64,000 nt of DNA from Minisyncoccota bacterium (GCA_965216295.1 OZ244141.1:429772-493771), one strand, 5' to 3'; positions 38,406 through 49,272 are shown, numbered from the stretch's first letter. Numbers and translations are program-made. Notes: generated from the sequence alone by a model not told the origin.

Positions 38406-40439
38406 CTACGCCCCCTTACGAGAAGGTGTTATTGTTTCTAACAGAGCAATTTCGTCTCGAATCACTGCCGCTGTTTTGAAATCCAAATTCTGTACTGCTT
38501 TTCGCATTCTTTTCCGCTTTTCAGTCAATACTTTCTTTGGTGCTTTTCTATATCGATCAATATCAATAGTGAGTAACGACTGTGCTGCCTGTTTACGATT
38601 TTTCGTAATCTCGGTAACAATATCTTCTATATTTTTCTTAATAGAAACTGGTGTTATCCCATGTTTCTTGTTGTACTGTATCTGCAATTCCCGACGACGA
38701 TTTGTTTCATCAACGGCTCTCTGGAGTGAGTTGGTAATCTTGTCAGCATAGAGAATAACTCTTCCTTTTACATTTCGTGCAGCCCGCCCTATCGTCTGTA
38801 TGAGCGTTGTCTCTGAACGAAGAAACCCTTCTTTGTCAGCATCGAAAATAGCAACCAAGGTCACCTCTGGCATGTCTAACCCTTCTCGTAACAGATTCAC
38901 GCCAACGAGAACATCAAACGATCCTTTCCGAAATTCAGTTAAGAGTTCAATCCGTTCAATTGTTTTCACGTCACTGTGTAGGTATCTAGCCCGAATACCA
39001 GCACCCTCTAAGTACTCTGAGAGGTTCTCTGCTGATCGCTTCGTCAGTGTTGTAATGAGAACACGACCTTTCTCGTGTATATCCTTTTTTGCCTCTTTGA
39101 TAAAATCTTCTACCTGTCCAGAGGTATTGGTAGTTCCCGTTATTGGACGGACAGAGAGTATCGGATCCAACAATCCTGTTGGTCTGATAACCTGTTCAGT
39201 GATGTGTGAACCGCTTTGTTCTTTTTCGTAGGCAGCTGGTGTTGCAGACATGTATATCGTCTCACCCGTCCGTGCGGTAAACTCATCAAACGTCAATGGC
39301 CTATTATCAATAGCTGATGGGAGACGGAATCCGTGCCCAATCAGTGTCTTTTTTCGAGAGCGATCACCAGCATACATACCAGCTATCTGCGGTACGGTCA
39401 CATGCGACTCATCAATGATGGTCAAAAAATCTGGTGTTCCGTCTGCACGGCGAGGAAAGTATGAAAGTAACGTATGGGGTGGCTCTCCTGATTCTCTGTT
39501 ATCAAAATGTCTTGAATAATTTTCAATACCAGAACAGTAACCAATTTCTCGAATAAGTGCGAGATCTTCTCGTGTCCTTCTATGCAACCGCTCTTTTTCA
39601 AGCACCAAACCTTCCCGATCAAAGTACTTAAGCTGTTCTTCTAATTCTTTTTCAATAGCACTAACGGCGCGGTTCCGTCCTGCATCACTAACCATAAAAT
39701 GCCTTGCTGGAAAGAGGAAGTAGTTATCAACGGTTTCTGCAACCACTTCTCGTGTCAATGCATCTATCTTCACGATTCCAACAATTTTGTCTAATGAAAA
39801 AACAATACGATATATAACCTCTTCACTAGTCGGCATTACTTCTACCGCATCACCGATGACACGAAGTGTCCCTGGTTTCAACTCTCCACCCGTTCTGTGA
39901 AATTGTATTGCAATGGCGTGGCGGACAAAAGCCTCACGAGCAAGGTGCATTCCTCGTTGTAGGTGAATGTGCACTCGTTTGTATTCTTCAGGACTTCCCA
40001 AACCGTATATACACGACACCGAAGCGACAATAATGACATCCTGGCGAGTTAATAGTGCCTGTGTTGTTGCGTGTCGGAGACGTTCAATTTCTGCATTAAT
40101 CTGTGCTTCCTTTTCAATGTATGTATCGGTGGTAGGGACATACGCTTCTGGTTGGTAGTAGTCATAGTATGAAACAAAATAGTGTACCGCATTACTTGGA
40201 AACAGTTCTCGATACTCCTGCGTCAACTGTGCAGCAAGCGTCTTGTTGTGTGCCACAACCAGTGTTGGTTTGCCGTACTGTGCGATAACATTGGCAATGG
40301 TAAATGTCTTTCCAGATCCAGTAATCCCCAAGAGTGTTTGATCTCGAACATCATCACGAAGCCCTTTCAAGATAGTAGCAATTGCCTGGGGTTGGTCTCC
40401 TGCTGGTTTCTTATCGGTTTCTAAGCAAAATCTTGCCAT
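38406..40439 (-). CDS. uvrB: Excinuclease ABC subunit B
   Basis: GITGSGKTFT, HNKTLAAQL, YFVSYYDYYQPEAY, DESHVT, NLLREGLD, QTIGRAARN. Confidence 0.98.
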   Translation of the reverse strand: MARFCLETDKKPAGDQPQAIATILKGLRDDVRDQTLLGITGSGKTFTIANVIAQYGKPTLVVAHNKTLAAQLTQEYRELFPSNAVHYFVSYYDYYQPEAYVPTTDTYIEKEAQINAEIERLRHATTQALLTRQDVIIVASVSCIYGLGSPEEYKRVHIHLQRGMHLAREAFVRHAIAIQFHRTGGELKPGTLRVIGDAVEVMPTSEEVIYRIVFSLDKIVGIVKIDALTREVVAETVDNYFLFPARHFMVSDAGRNRAVSAIEKELEEQLKYFDREGLVLEKERLHRRTREDLALIREIGYCSGIENYSRHFDNRESGEPPHTLLSYFPRRADGTPDFLTIIDESHVTVPQIAGMYAGDRSRKKTLIGHGFRLPSAIDNRPLTFDEFTARTGETIYMSATPAAYEKEQSGSHITEQVIRPTGLLDPILSVRPITGTTNTSGQVEDFIKEAKKDIHEKGRVLITTLTKRSAENLSEYLEGAGIRARYLHSDVKTIERIELLTEFRKGSFDVLVGVNLLREGLDMPEVTLVAIFDADKEGFLRSETTLIQTIGRAARNVKGRVILYADKITNSLQRAVDETNRRRELQIQYNKKHGITPVSIKKNIEDIVTEITKNRKQAAQSLLTIDIDRYRKAPKKVLTEKRKRMRKAVQNLDFKTAAVIRDEIALLETITPSRKGA

Positions 40440-40447
40440 TACCAAAA

Positions 40448-41101
40448 CTATTGATTAAGCTCTCCTATCTGATATGCCTCAATGAGAAACGTAAGAGCTG
40501 TGTTTGGCGGTATACCTGGAACACCTTGTTCTCCGTATGCTGCTTCTGAAGCAATGTGCACTAAACGCTTACCCCCTTCTCGCATGCCAATTAATCCCGC
40601 GCTAAATCCAGGAATAAGGTTGGTACTCCCTGCGACTGCTGAAAGTGCTGTGCCAGTATCAAAAATCTTCACCGTTCCCTCATTGGTATTAATGATGAGA
40701 CCAACATATCCAACGGTCATCTGTGAACCAGTAACAGCTGATGCTCCTGAGCCAGGTACCAAATCAATGTATTGTACCTTTCCTTCCAGTATCGATACTG
40801 GTAACGATTTTTCAACAACCAGTTGTGAAATAAATTGCACAGCATGTTGCACATCATCGCCACCATCAACAAAGGTAGAAACTGAAACGGCATCAATGGA
40901 GTTCTGCCCAGTGCGCCCAGTAGTACCTTTCTGTTTCGGGTTTCGAAGGATATCATCAGATACTTCTTCTACAGTACTCAAAATGGGACTAAAGCCGTAG
41001 AAAAGACCGTTGAGAATACCAGCCTTGAACAAAATGAAAGTGAAAAAGATGATACCAACGGCGACAGCAATTCCTACTTTTATATTATTGGTTGCCTGCA
41101 T
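40448..41101 (-). CDS. FKBP-type peptidyl-prolyl isomerase, membrane anchored
   Basis: LIPGF..GLIGMREGGKR, AYG..G..GIPPNTALTF. Confidence 0.88.
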   Translation of the reverse strand: MQATNNIKVGIAVAVGIIFFTFILFKAGILNGLFYGFSPILSTVEEVSDDILRNPKQKGTTGRTGQNSIDAVSVSTFVDGGDDVQHAVQFISQLVVEKSLPVSILEGKVQYIDLVPGSGASAVTGSQMTVGYVGLIINTNEGTVKIFDTGTALSAVAGSTNLIPGFSAGLIGMREGGKRLVHIASEAAYGEQGVPGIPPNTALTFLIEAYQIGELNQ

Positions 41102-41158
41102 AAACACTTACTTCTTACTCTATTAACGAACGCAGTATATCACATCAACACAAATGGT

Positions 41159-42724
41159 TCACTGATCTGTCGCATCGCCTGGAAGAGGGCTTAACAGTGG
41201 AAAGAGTACTGTTTCTTTGAGATTTCTCACACCAGTCATAAGAGCAACGAGTCGATCAATACCAATACCGCACCCAGTCATCGGGGGCATACCATGTTCC
41301 ATGGCAATAAGAAACTCACTGTCCGCCTGCATTGCTTCACGATCACCTGCCTTTCGCGCCTCCATCTGCTCTGCAAATGCTTCTCTTTGTTGTATGGGAT
41401 CAACAAGCTCTGAATACCCTTTCACCAACTCCCACGAACCAATGACCAATTGGTATGAATCTGTCATCGCTGGATTGCTATCACTACGACGAGCAAGTGG
41501 TAACACTTCTTTAGGAAAATTAACAATGATAATTGGTTTGAGGAGTTTGGGACGAATAATCTTTTTATACACATCATCTAAGAGACCTCCTCGTGATCGT
41601 TTTTCAAGATCTGTTCGTTCAACACCAACATCTCGTGCAATGGTGAGCAGTTCTTTTGACGAAGCGTTACTATCAATATCATACTGACGAAGCAAATCAC
41701 TGAAACTAATCTCAGGAATTACTTCACCAACCTCTACCGATACAGATTTTCCATCCTCATCAAAAACAGTACATGATGTTGTACCAAGAGTGTCTTGCAT
41801 TGCTTGCCTGATCATTGCAGTCATCCATTGCATGCCAGTCTTGTAGTCTTCATACGGACAGTACCACTCAAGCATTTGAAATTCCTGCAGATGACTTGCA
41901 TCAATACCCTCATTACGAAAATCCATAGAAAATTCAAACACACGACCGAGACCCCCTGCAACAGCGAGTTTGAGATCAATTTCGTTAGAAATACGTAAAT
42001 GAAAATCTTGATTCAACGCGTTATGGTGAGTCACAAAAGTCTCCGCAGCAGCACCTCCAGCGGTTGGTTGTAGAGTTCGTGTCACCACTTCTGTAAAATC
42101 ATTATTGAGAAGCCACTTCCTCAGTGACTCCACCGTCTGAGAACGGATAGCAAACCGTTCTCGTACTGCATCATTGAGTACCAGGTCAAGGTACCTCTTT
42201 CTAAAACGAATCTCTGGATCGGTAATGCCAAAATGTTTTCCGGGAAGTGGTCGTACCGCCTTACTCAACAAGCTATACCGTGCAACGAGAACTGCAAGTG
42301 TGTCTCTTTTGGTAATAAAGGGTTCACCGCAAATACCAATAAAATCACCAGGATCAATAAATGCCCTCACAAATTCAAGTTCCTGTTCACCAATCGCACT
42401 TTCCGTGCACGCCACCTGCACAACACCAGTTTTGTCTTGAATGTCAATAAAAATAATGCCACCGTGGTCTCGTGTCGAGAGCACACGACCTGCAAGCGAG
42501 ACTGCCTCGTTCGGTCCTTGTGCAACCTCATCGGCAGAACGAAATGCTTTCCTGTCCAATTGCGTAACTGCGTCAGCGCTGTGTGAAATGACAAATCTAT
42601 CCTTGTACGGCAGTATTGATAACTCACGCAGTCGTTCTAATTTCTGCAAACGAACGTTTCGCTCATTAGCGATAGCGTCTTTGTCATCAGCAGGGATTTT
42701 TGGAGATTCTGACTTTCGTACCAT
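41159..42724 (-). CDS. lysS: Lysyl-tRNA synthetase (class II)
   Basis: RKRYLDL, GGAAA..F.THHNAL, FRNEGID, YSELVDP, GMPPMTGCGIGIDRL. Confidence 0.98.
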   Translation of the reverse strand: MVRKSESPKIPADDKDAIANERNVRLQKLERLRELSILPYKDRFVISHSADAVTQLDRKAFRSADEVAQGPNEAVSLAGRVLSTRDHGGIIFIDIQDKTGVVQVACTESAIGEQELEFVRAFIDPGDFIGICGEPFITKRDTLAVLVARYSLLSKAVRPLPGKHFGITDPEIRFRKRYLDLVLNDAVRERFAIRSQTVESLRKWLLNNDFTEVVTRTLQPTAGGAAAETFVTHHNALNQDFHLRISNEIDLKLAVAGGLGRVFEFSMDFRNEGIDASHLQEFQMLEWYCPYEDYKTGMQWMTAMIRQAMQDTLGTTSCTVFDEDGKSVSVEVGEVIPEISFSDLLRQYDIDSNASSKELLTIARDVGVERTDLEKRSRGGLLDDVYKKIIRPKLLKPIIIVNFPKEVLPLARRSDSNPAMTDSYQLVIGSWELVKGYSELVDPIQQREAFAEQMEARKAGDREAMQADSEFLIAMEHGMPPMTGCGIGIDRLVALMTGVRNLKETVLFPLLSPLPGDATDQ

Positions 42725-42751
42725 ATATGATGAGTGTATCACACAACCCCA

Positions 42752-43345
42752 TTACACTTTCTCAACGGTATCGTCGTGTATATATAATGCCTTTCCATTT
42801 GCAAGTGTTTGTGTTGGTTCAAGGTGTCGTTTTGCAAATGCCCGTACTGCCTGCCTATCACTCTTTTGAAAATGAGGAATGATATGAAAATCAATCATAC
42901 CAACCCCTGTCAGGTCTTCTAATCCAAAAGTATTTTTGTCTGGATGTATCTCAGCTGCTGATGCAATAGTTGGTGAAAGAATGACGGAACCAGCACTACT
43001 GCCGACGTAAAATCCTCCACGATCAAAAAGTTTTTCTATCTGGTTGGCAAATGAATGTTCTCGAACCGCCTGTAACAGAGAAAATGTGTTACCTCCACAG
43101 ACATACATAACATCAATATCCTCTGGAAATGATGCACCTGATGCAATATCAAAAAAACAAGTAGCCAGCTGTATTGATTCCATTTGCCGTCTCGTCTCTT
43201 GTGCCCACACTGCTTTCTCTTTTTTAGGATGTGCTGTTGTGATAATAACTGCAGTTGTGTACTCACATCGCTGTACCGTATCACAAAAAACCTGCCATAC
43301 AGAACGACTACTAAAACCACTTGATGTGAGAAGTGCGTGTACCAT
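42752..43345 (-). CDS. Peptidase E / S51 family
   Basis: YVCGGNTF.LL, GSSAGS, IIPHF. Confidence 0.88.
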   Translation of the reverse strand: MVHALLTSSGFSSRSVWQVFCDTVQRCEYTTAVIITTAHPKKEKAVWAQETRRQMESIQLATCFFDIASGASFPEDIDVMYVCGGNTFSLLQAVREHSFANQIEKLFDRGGFYVGSSAGSVILSPTIASAAEIHPDKNTFGLEDLTGVGMIDFHIIPHFQKSDRQAVRAFAKRHLEPTQTLANGKALYIHDDTVEKV

Positions 43346-43351
43346 TACTCT

Positions 43352-43951
43352 CTATAGTGCACCAACGAGGTCGTCACTTGGTTTGAGAGTCTTTTTCCCT
43401 GCCTCCCAACTTGCTGGACAGACTTGCCCTGGATTTGCACTCACATACCGTGCAGCACGCAACTTACGAAGTAATTCCTTAGCTGAACGACCAATAGAGT
43501 TATCATTTATCTCAAAACTACGAATGATGCCATCAGGATCTATGATAAATGTTGCGCGATAGGAGACACCATCATGATCACAGTAAGTACCGAAAACATT
43601 TGAAAGCAAATGCCTGTTATCAGCCGCCATTGGAAACTGAACCTGTTTAATGGTATCAGAAGTCTGATGCCACATTTTATGAGCAAAAGGCGTATCAATA
43701 CTTACTGAAACAATTTCAGTGTCCTCCTTTTTGAATTCATCATAGCAACTGGCAAGTTCACCAAGCTCTGTTGGACAAACAAAAGTAAAATCAGCTGGAT
43801 AAAAAAAGAGAATAAGCCATTTACCACGGAACTGTTTCAGTGTCGTCTCAGTAATTGCATCATTGTGATATACCTCAAATGCTATATCTGGAACAGTATC
43901 ACCGATTGTCAGTGGATACCCCTCAAATTCTAGTATATCTTCTTCATGCAT
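43352..43951 (-). CDS. ahpC: 2-Cys peroxiredoxin
   Basis: FYPADFTFVCPTEL and VCPASW. Confidence 0.96.
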   Translation of the reverse strand: MHEEDILEFEGYPLTIGDTVPDIAFEVYHNDAITETTLKQFRGKWLILFFYPADFTFVCPTELGELASCYDEFKKEDTEIVSVSIDTPFAHKMWHQTSDTIKQVQFPMAADNRHLLSNVFGTYCDHDGVSYRATFIIDPDGIIRSFEINDNSIGRSAKELLRKLRAARYVSANPGQVCPASWEAGKKTLKPSDDLVGAL

Positions 43952-44001
43952 ATAAAACCATTTATGACATTTCGTGTGAGCGAAAGTATACCATATATTT
44001 A

Positions 44002-44595
44002 TTAATTAAAAAAGATACCGCGTTGCCGAGCTATAGCGGTGAGTGCATGGAAAATTTTTAAGTGTAGTTCAGCATCATACAGTGCAGAATGGCGCTTCTT
44101 GTTGTTGTACTGAATACCGAGTTTTTCAAGCATTGTTGTCATACCCACATCGCCAAGGACAAAAAGAGAGAGAGAACTGAGGTCTAACATACGGCGAGAT
44201 AAAGGAAGGGGTTCTTTGGCCTGGTACCTACTCCACAATGAATCAAGCATTAGGTAGTCAAAGTGTGCGTTAGCAGCAATAATATGAAGATCCTGGGTGA
44301 GCACCTGCATACCGTAGTGTTTTACCAACTCCTCCTTGAATTCCTGCAAGAATACTTCTGGATCGACACCATGATTACGTGCTGTCTCTTTAGAAATCTG
44401 ATGTATCGACTCTGCCTGCTTGTTCCAAGAAAACTTTTTTGATTTAAAGTTAACATTCCACTCTTTTTTCTTAACAGGTTGCGTGTACTCGTCGAGTAAA
44501 ATAATACCACACTGAATCACCTGTGATGAGCAAAAGTCAACGCCGGTTGTTTCGGTATCTAGTGCTACAAATCGCTGAACATGGTTCTGTGTCAT
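44002..44595 (-). CDS. DEDDh 3'-5' exonuclease
   Basis: LDTETTG, NAHFD, HSALYDA. Confidence 0.88.
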   Translation of the reverse strand: MTQNHVQRFVALDTETTGVDFCSSQVIQCGIILLDEYTQPVKKKEWNVNFKSKKFSWNKQAESIHQISKETARNHGVDPEVFLQEFKEELVKHYGMQVLTQDLHIIAANAHFDYLMLDSLWSRYQAKEPLPLSRRMLDLSSLSLFVLGDVGMTTMLEKLGIQYNNKKRHSALYDAELHLKIFHALTAIARQRGIFFN

Positions 44596-45857
44596 GATAC
44601 GTTATGTAATGCAAGAGTTTTCACCGCCTCTTCAACAGGAACTATTTTTGACTCAGCGGTGAGGCGGTCGGTGTACTCCACACCACCAGAACGTTTAGCT
44701 TTATCAGAAACAATGAGGCGATATGGAATACCAATAAGGTCCGCGTCAGCAAACTTCTCTCCCGCACTCACCTCACGACGATCATCAAAAAGAACACTGA
44801 TACCTTTTTTCTGCAGTTCCTGATACACCAACACTGCTTCTTCATCAATCACTTCATCGTTGCCAAGACAGATGAGATGGACGGTATACGGAGCAATCGC
44901 AGAAGGAAGTACCATACCGTTGTCACTACCAAACTTCTCAACGATAACACCAAGGAGGCGCGCTGGACCAATACCGTATGATCCCATAAAGACTGGCTTC
45001 TCATTCCCCGACTCATCCTTATACATCAACCCAAGTGCTTCAGAAAAGCGAGTGCCTAGTGTAAAAATATTCCCAACCTCTATTGCTGAACACTCTTCAA
45101 ACGAAGAACCCTGCATCTTCAGCGTTGCAATTGTTTCATCGTTGTATACCTCTTTATTAATAGCAATATTTTTTTCACGACAGAGAAATATAGTATCTTC
45201 ACCAATCGAAGAGACAACTTGAAATTCATCACTAAACTTGGCAAATGCACCACCACTAGCAAACGTCCGATAGGTTTCATCGCCAATGCCAACCCGTCTG
45301 TATATCGATAGGTATGCTTCAGCACACTGCTCGTAAAATCGTGCATGCTCCTCTGTATCCTTTGTAAAAGAGTAGAGATCTTTCATGATAAATTCACGAG
45401 TTCTGAGAATGCCACTCTTTGCACGTTTCTCATTCCTAAATTTTGTTTGAAATTGGTAGAGATAAGCGGGTAAATCACGATGTGACTGTATATGTTGTCG
45501 CATCATGTACGTTATTGGCTCTTCGTGTGTCCAACCAAAACCGACGTCACCTCCATCACCAATATGTGACTTGAACCATACCTCCTCTGCATCGCCACTC
45601 CACCTGTCAGTCTTTTTCCATACCTCTGGATTTTGTAATGCAGTAAGAAATACCTCTTGCCCACCGATTGCATTCATCTCTTCACGAATAACAGTAATAA
45701 TATTTTGTAGAGTACGAAATCCTAACGGAAGAAATTCATACACACCTGCCATTGTCTTGTTAATGTAACCAGCGCGAATGAGTAGCTGTGCACTTTTTGC
45801 AACCTCATCGTGTGGCACTTCCCGTCTTGTTTTGATAACAGAAATTGACTGACGCAT
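44592..45857 (-). CDS. proS: Prolyl-tRNA synthetase (short type)
   Basis: LLIRAGYI, THEE, QTKFRNEKR...GILRTREFIMKD, IEVGNIF, MGSYGIG. Confidence 0.97.
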   Translation of the reverse strand: MRQSISVIKTRREVPHDEVAKSAQLLIRAGYINKTMAGVYEFLPLGFRTLQNIITVIREEMNAIGGQEVFLTALQNPEVWKKTDRWSGDAEEVWFKSHIGDGGDVGFGWTHEEPITYMMRQHIQSHRDLPAYLYQFQTKFRNEKRAKSGILRTREFIMKDLYSFTKDTEEHARFYEQCAEAYLSIYRRVGIGDETYRTFASGGAFAKFSDEFQVVSSIGEDTIFLCREKNIAINKEVYNDETIATLKMQGSSFEECSAIEVGNIFTLGTRFSEALGLMYKDESGNEKPVFMGSYGIGPARLLGVIVEKFGSDNGMVLPSAIAPYTVHLICLGNDEVIDEEAVLVYQELQKKGISVLFDDRREVSAGEKFADADLIGIPYRLIVSDKAKRSGGVEYTDRLTAESKIVPVEEAVKTLALHNVS

Positions 45858-45874
45858 TGGTAATAGTGTACCAC

Positions 45875-47098
45875 TTATGCCTTTGTTTTTTTCAATACAA
45901 TAATCCTTCTTCCAATACGAAGCACCTGTCTCTTTTTTGGTTGTATGACAAAATTGATACGTATAATTTTCTGTCCATCCACCGATATCGCACCATCTTT
46001 AATTTTCCGCCGTGCCTCAGAACCTGAAGAAACGGCACCGTGTTTAATAACTAAATCAAGAACACCAGTTGGTTTGTTCACAACTACCTCATCTGTGCTC
46101 TCAGGAACACCTCCTTTTTGAAATTGTGTGATAAATGCTTCACGGGCAGCAGTGACTGCACCTACGGGGTGAAAAAGACGTACAACCTCTTCGGCAAGGC
46201 GTAGTTTAATATCCCGTACTACAGCACCCCCTTGTGGGAGTACCTTTTCAATTGCCAAAACCTCTGGCATAGGTATACGAGTACAACCACGAATCAGAGG
46301 CATTATAAATGTATCTGGTAGTGCCATGATGCTACCGAACATACGATTCTCACCACCAGCATCAAGGTCTACAAAAACACCTGTCCCCGCACTCTTTGAC
46401 ATCAGTGCACCACCCCCCTCAATAAGTTTCATCGTGACGATAAATTTTTCTCTACCAAGGTATCGCTTCACAAAATCACGACCAACGAGTGCATTGAATG
46501 TCTGATCAGTACCACAAAGTTCTGCATCAGTACGCAGGGCAACAGAATCATACCCTTGGAGCGCTGGATAGAGAAATTCGTGTACATAGAGCGGTTTACC
46601 TTGTCGCAATCGCTCCTGAAACATTTTGCGCTCTAGAAGACCTTGTACGGTCACACCACGAAGCAAAGTAAACATGTCTTCGGCAGAGAAAAGAGTAAAC
46701 CAACGACTATTCCGTACCATCCGTGCACCAGAAAATCTACCAACCTTGAGGAGAGAGACAATTTGTTTGCGTAAACTGACGCTATTTCGTCGCACCTCAT
46801 CGCGTGATAGTTGTTTTCGTGCACTTGCACGGTCACTTGGATCACCAATGCATCCAGTAAAGTCACCTATTAGTAACGTTACTTTCATACCAAGCTTCCG
46901 TAACTCTTCAAGAAAGAGAAGATGTTGCACATGACCAAGGTGGAGATTGGGTGCAGTTGGATCAATACCAAAGTAAATATGAAACGGTTCCTTTTCGCCA
47001 AGACGTTTTACCAAATCAGCCTTGGTTGGATAGATGGTATCAATAGTCCCGCGCGCAAGAAGTGCTGTAAGCTCTTTTTCTTTTATACTTCGCTGCAT
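45875..47098 (-). CDS. tyrS: Tyrosyl-tRNA synthetase
   Basis: YFGIDPTAPNLHLGH, YPALQGYD, GTDQ, LMSKS, S4 domain. Start at ATG 47098, 6 nt after TACAAT. Confidence 0.97.
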   Translation of the reverse strand: MQRSIKEKELTALLARGTIDTIYPTKADLVKRLGEKEPFHIYFGIDPTAPNLHLGHVQHLLFLEELRKLGMKVTLLIGDFTGCIGDPSDRASARKQLSRDEVRRNSVSLRKQIVSLLKVGRFSGARMVRNSRWFTLFSAEDMFTLLRGVTVQGLLERKMFQERLRQGKPLYVHEFLYPALQGYDSVALRTDAELCGTDQTFNALVGRDFVKRYLGREKFIVTMKLIEGGGALMSKSAGTGVFVDLDAGGENRMFGSIMALPDTFIMPLIRGCTRIPMPEVLAIEKVLPQGGAVVRDIKLRLAEEVVRLFHPVGAVTAAREAFITQFQKGGVPESTDEVVVNKPTGVLDLVIKHGAVSSGSEARRKIKDGAISVDGQKIIRINFVIQPKKRQVLRIGRRIIVLKKTKA

Positions 47099-47114
47099 AC
47101 CACCATTGTAGACC

Positions 47115-47717
47115 CTATCCTCTCCATGGTACGACAGCACCGCAACCACTTCCATCTCCCCCTGCACAACTCGCTGCGTCTGATGGCATTCCTCGTTCAG
47201 GGCATATTTCTGACTGTATGCACGCACGATCAGTCACCTGTGCTAACTCCTTCTCCACATCATCTTGTGAATATACCCCGTAGAGTATGAGGATTCTATC
47301 TAAATCGTTTGGTACATATGTTTCACCATCATATATCTCTTTATCATTGACGAATATACGAAGTGCCTTGTTTCCCTGTTCACAGAAGACACTTTTATCG
47401 TATGAAATGCAACGATCAGTTAATTGCAATCCGATGGCAGAGAAAAAGTAGGCAAGATCTTTGCGTGACGCATGCCAGTGAATAACATCACCATCAAAAT
47501 CATGGAAATGAATGCTCGGATGACGATAGGCATTTTTCAGTGATTGATATCGTATTTTTGAAAAATCAGCGACCACACCATCAATCACGACACGTAAGTC
47601 TGAGTGTATGTGAAACTCGTCATTGGAATTGGAGTCATGCTTATTGGTGGAGTACCACAAAAAAACACCAACAATAAGTGCGACGAACAGCATGCTTGGA
47701 ATGACGATGCGCGACAT
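47115..47717 (-). CDS. Membrane-anchored hypothetical protein with His/Cys motifs
   Basis: TM, HIHSD, HFHD..G.VIHWH, PNDLDRILI.YG, C-terminal Cys cluster. Confidence 0.7.
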   Translation of the reverse strand: MSRIVIPSMLFVALIVGVFLWYSTNKHDSNSNDEFHIHSDLRVVIDGVVADFSKIRYQSLKNAYRHPSIHFHDFDGDVIHWHASRKDLAYFFSAIGLQLTDRCISYDKSVFCEQGNKALRIFVNDKEIYDGETYVPNDLDRILILYGVYSQDDVEKELAQVTDRACIQSEICPERGMPSDAASCAGGDGSGCGAVVPWRG

Positions 47718-47814
47718 ATGTTTTAACGTAGTATAAAGTAAACGACAACCAAAACAACAATGGTAATAATCGTCCACTGCAATGCTTTCAATTTATACTT
47801 CATATACCAATACA

Positions 47815-48012
47815 CTACCACACCTCAATCTTTTTTACTATTCTATCAGTAGACTGTTCAACCATTCTTTGCATCAGTTGTGCTGTCAACGCACGCCCTC
47901 GTAAAAGGCGAACGGTACGATCTTCTCCACGGAGAAATCCGAGGAATATCCCAAACCGTTGCATGACTGATAACTGATATCCTCTACGATAGTGGTGAGA
48001 AAAACCCATCAC
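47815..48012 (-). CDS. Small hypothetical protein
   Basis: 65 aa; TACACT -10 about 6 nt upstream; fills an intergenic gap. Confidence 0.45.
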   Translation of the reverse strand: MMGFSHHYRRGYQLSVMQRFGIFLGFLRGEDRTVRLLRGRALTAQLMQRMVEQSTDRIVKKIEVW

Positions 48013-48103
48013 TACCAGTGTATAACACTGAATTATTAAGAATAGTAGATATACACACTATTTATGGTATATAGTACCTACAGTTACAGAAACGTTATAC
48101 CGT

Positions 48104-48469
48104 ATGAACTACTGGCCACACGCACTACTTCGCATAGCACTCTCTTTCATACTCATCTACCCTGCAGTTTCCGCATTGTATAGTCCAGGTGACTGGATTA
48201 TCTACATACCAGATGTTATTTTGAACTCATTTACTAGTAACATTGAAGTGCTCTACATCACAAGCTCTATCAACATACTGATCGGTGCTTGGATACTCTC
48301 TAACAAAGCAATCAGAATTCCTACTATAATTGCCTTGGTGATATCTATCGCAACCGTCATTCTCAACCCAACCTTGTTTGATAGACTTCTTGGAGAAATA
48401 ACCGCCATCTTCATCGCACTGACACTGCTGATTGATTCACCGCCAGAAGAAAAATCGGCGCATGTCTAG
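48104..48469 (+). CDS. DoxX-like membrane protein
   Basis: LLRIALSF..IYPA....P.DW..YIP; 4 TM. Confidence 0.7.
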   Translation: MNYWPHALLRIALSFILIYPAVSALYSPGDWIIYIPDVILNSFTSNIEVLYITSSINILIGAWILSNKAIRIPTIIALVISIATVILNPTLFDRLLGEITAIFIALTLLIDSPPEEKSAHV

Positions 48470-48479
48470 CAATATCCTA

Positions 48480-48553
48480 TGCCGGGTCGTCTAATGGTAG
48501 GACGCTTGGTTCTGGCCCAAGTAATCTAGGTTCGAATCCTAGCCCGGCAGCCA
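48480..48553 (+). tRNA. tRNA-Gln(CTG), CCA encoded
   Basis: TGCCGGG/CCCGGCA acceptor; CTTGG-TTCTGGC-CCAAG anticodon arm; CTAGG-TTCGAAT-CCTAG. Confidence 0.94.
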
Positions 48554-48569
48554 TTTAATAATATCCAAT

Positions 48570-49178
48570 CTAATCACAAGGTGAGGTGGAGTCAGCTTCA
48601 AATACTGAACCATGTATTGATTTGTCAAATGCTATATAGGCATCAAGTCTACTCTCACTATTGATTGTAGAGTACTCTATTTCTTCTGCATATTTTTCAT
48701 ATTGAAGGTTTGGTATTTTTTTTGCCAAACATATCTGCTTGTCTATTGCATCAACCGCCCTTTTATAGGCAGCTTCTCGATTGGAATTATCACTAATCAC
48801 AATCGTTTGAAGAGACTTTGCAAATTCAAAAGCTGCTTCTTTTTGTTCTTCGTTTAACTCACTGTATCCCTGTATTATAACTTCAATGTCATCCCTCACA
48901 CCATTATAATTAACATCAACCCCTATCAAGCTTTGGTCTGTTATCTTAGGTATATCTTTTTTCACACCATTATAATTAACATCAGCCTCTCTCAAGCTTT
49001 GGTCTGTTATCTTAGGTATATCTTTTTTCACATCATTATAATTAACATCAGCCTCTCTCAAGCTTTGGTCTGTTACCTTAGGTATATCTTTTTTCACACC
49101 AAATAGTGTCGTTAGCAAAATTGCAACAATAACAACAACAATAACAGCTACTATTATTTTCATACCGCCTATACTCAT
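48570..49178 (-). CDS. Membrane-anchored protein with three 22-aa repeats
   Basis: N-terminal TM; (G/D)VKKDIPK(V/I)TDQSL..(A/V)DVNYN x3; AT-rich. Confidence 0.75.
   Translation of the reverse strand: MSIGGMKIIVAVIVVVIVAILLTTLFGVKKDIPKVTDQSLREADVNYNDVKKDIPKITDQSLREADVNYNGVKKDIPKITDQSLIGVDVNYNGVRDDIEVIIQGYSELNEEQKEAAFEFAKSLQTIVISDNSNREAAYKRAVDAIDKQICLAKKIPNLQYEKYAEEIEYSTINSESRLDAYIAFDKSIHGSVFEADSTSPCD
48896..49101. repeat. 66-bp in-frame tandem repeat, about 3.1 copies
   Basis: Unit TTCACACCATTATAATTAACATCAGCCTCTCTCAAGCTTTGGTCTGTTATCTTAGGTATATCTTTT. Confidence 0.95.
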
Positions 49179-49272
49179 ATTGTTTTCAGTATACTACACG
49201 CTTATTACCTAACAAAAAGCCAGAAGAGCATGTATTATAAATTGCACAGAGACATGGTATCCTTAACAACAC

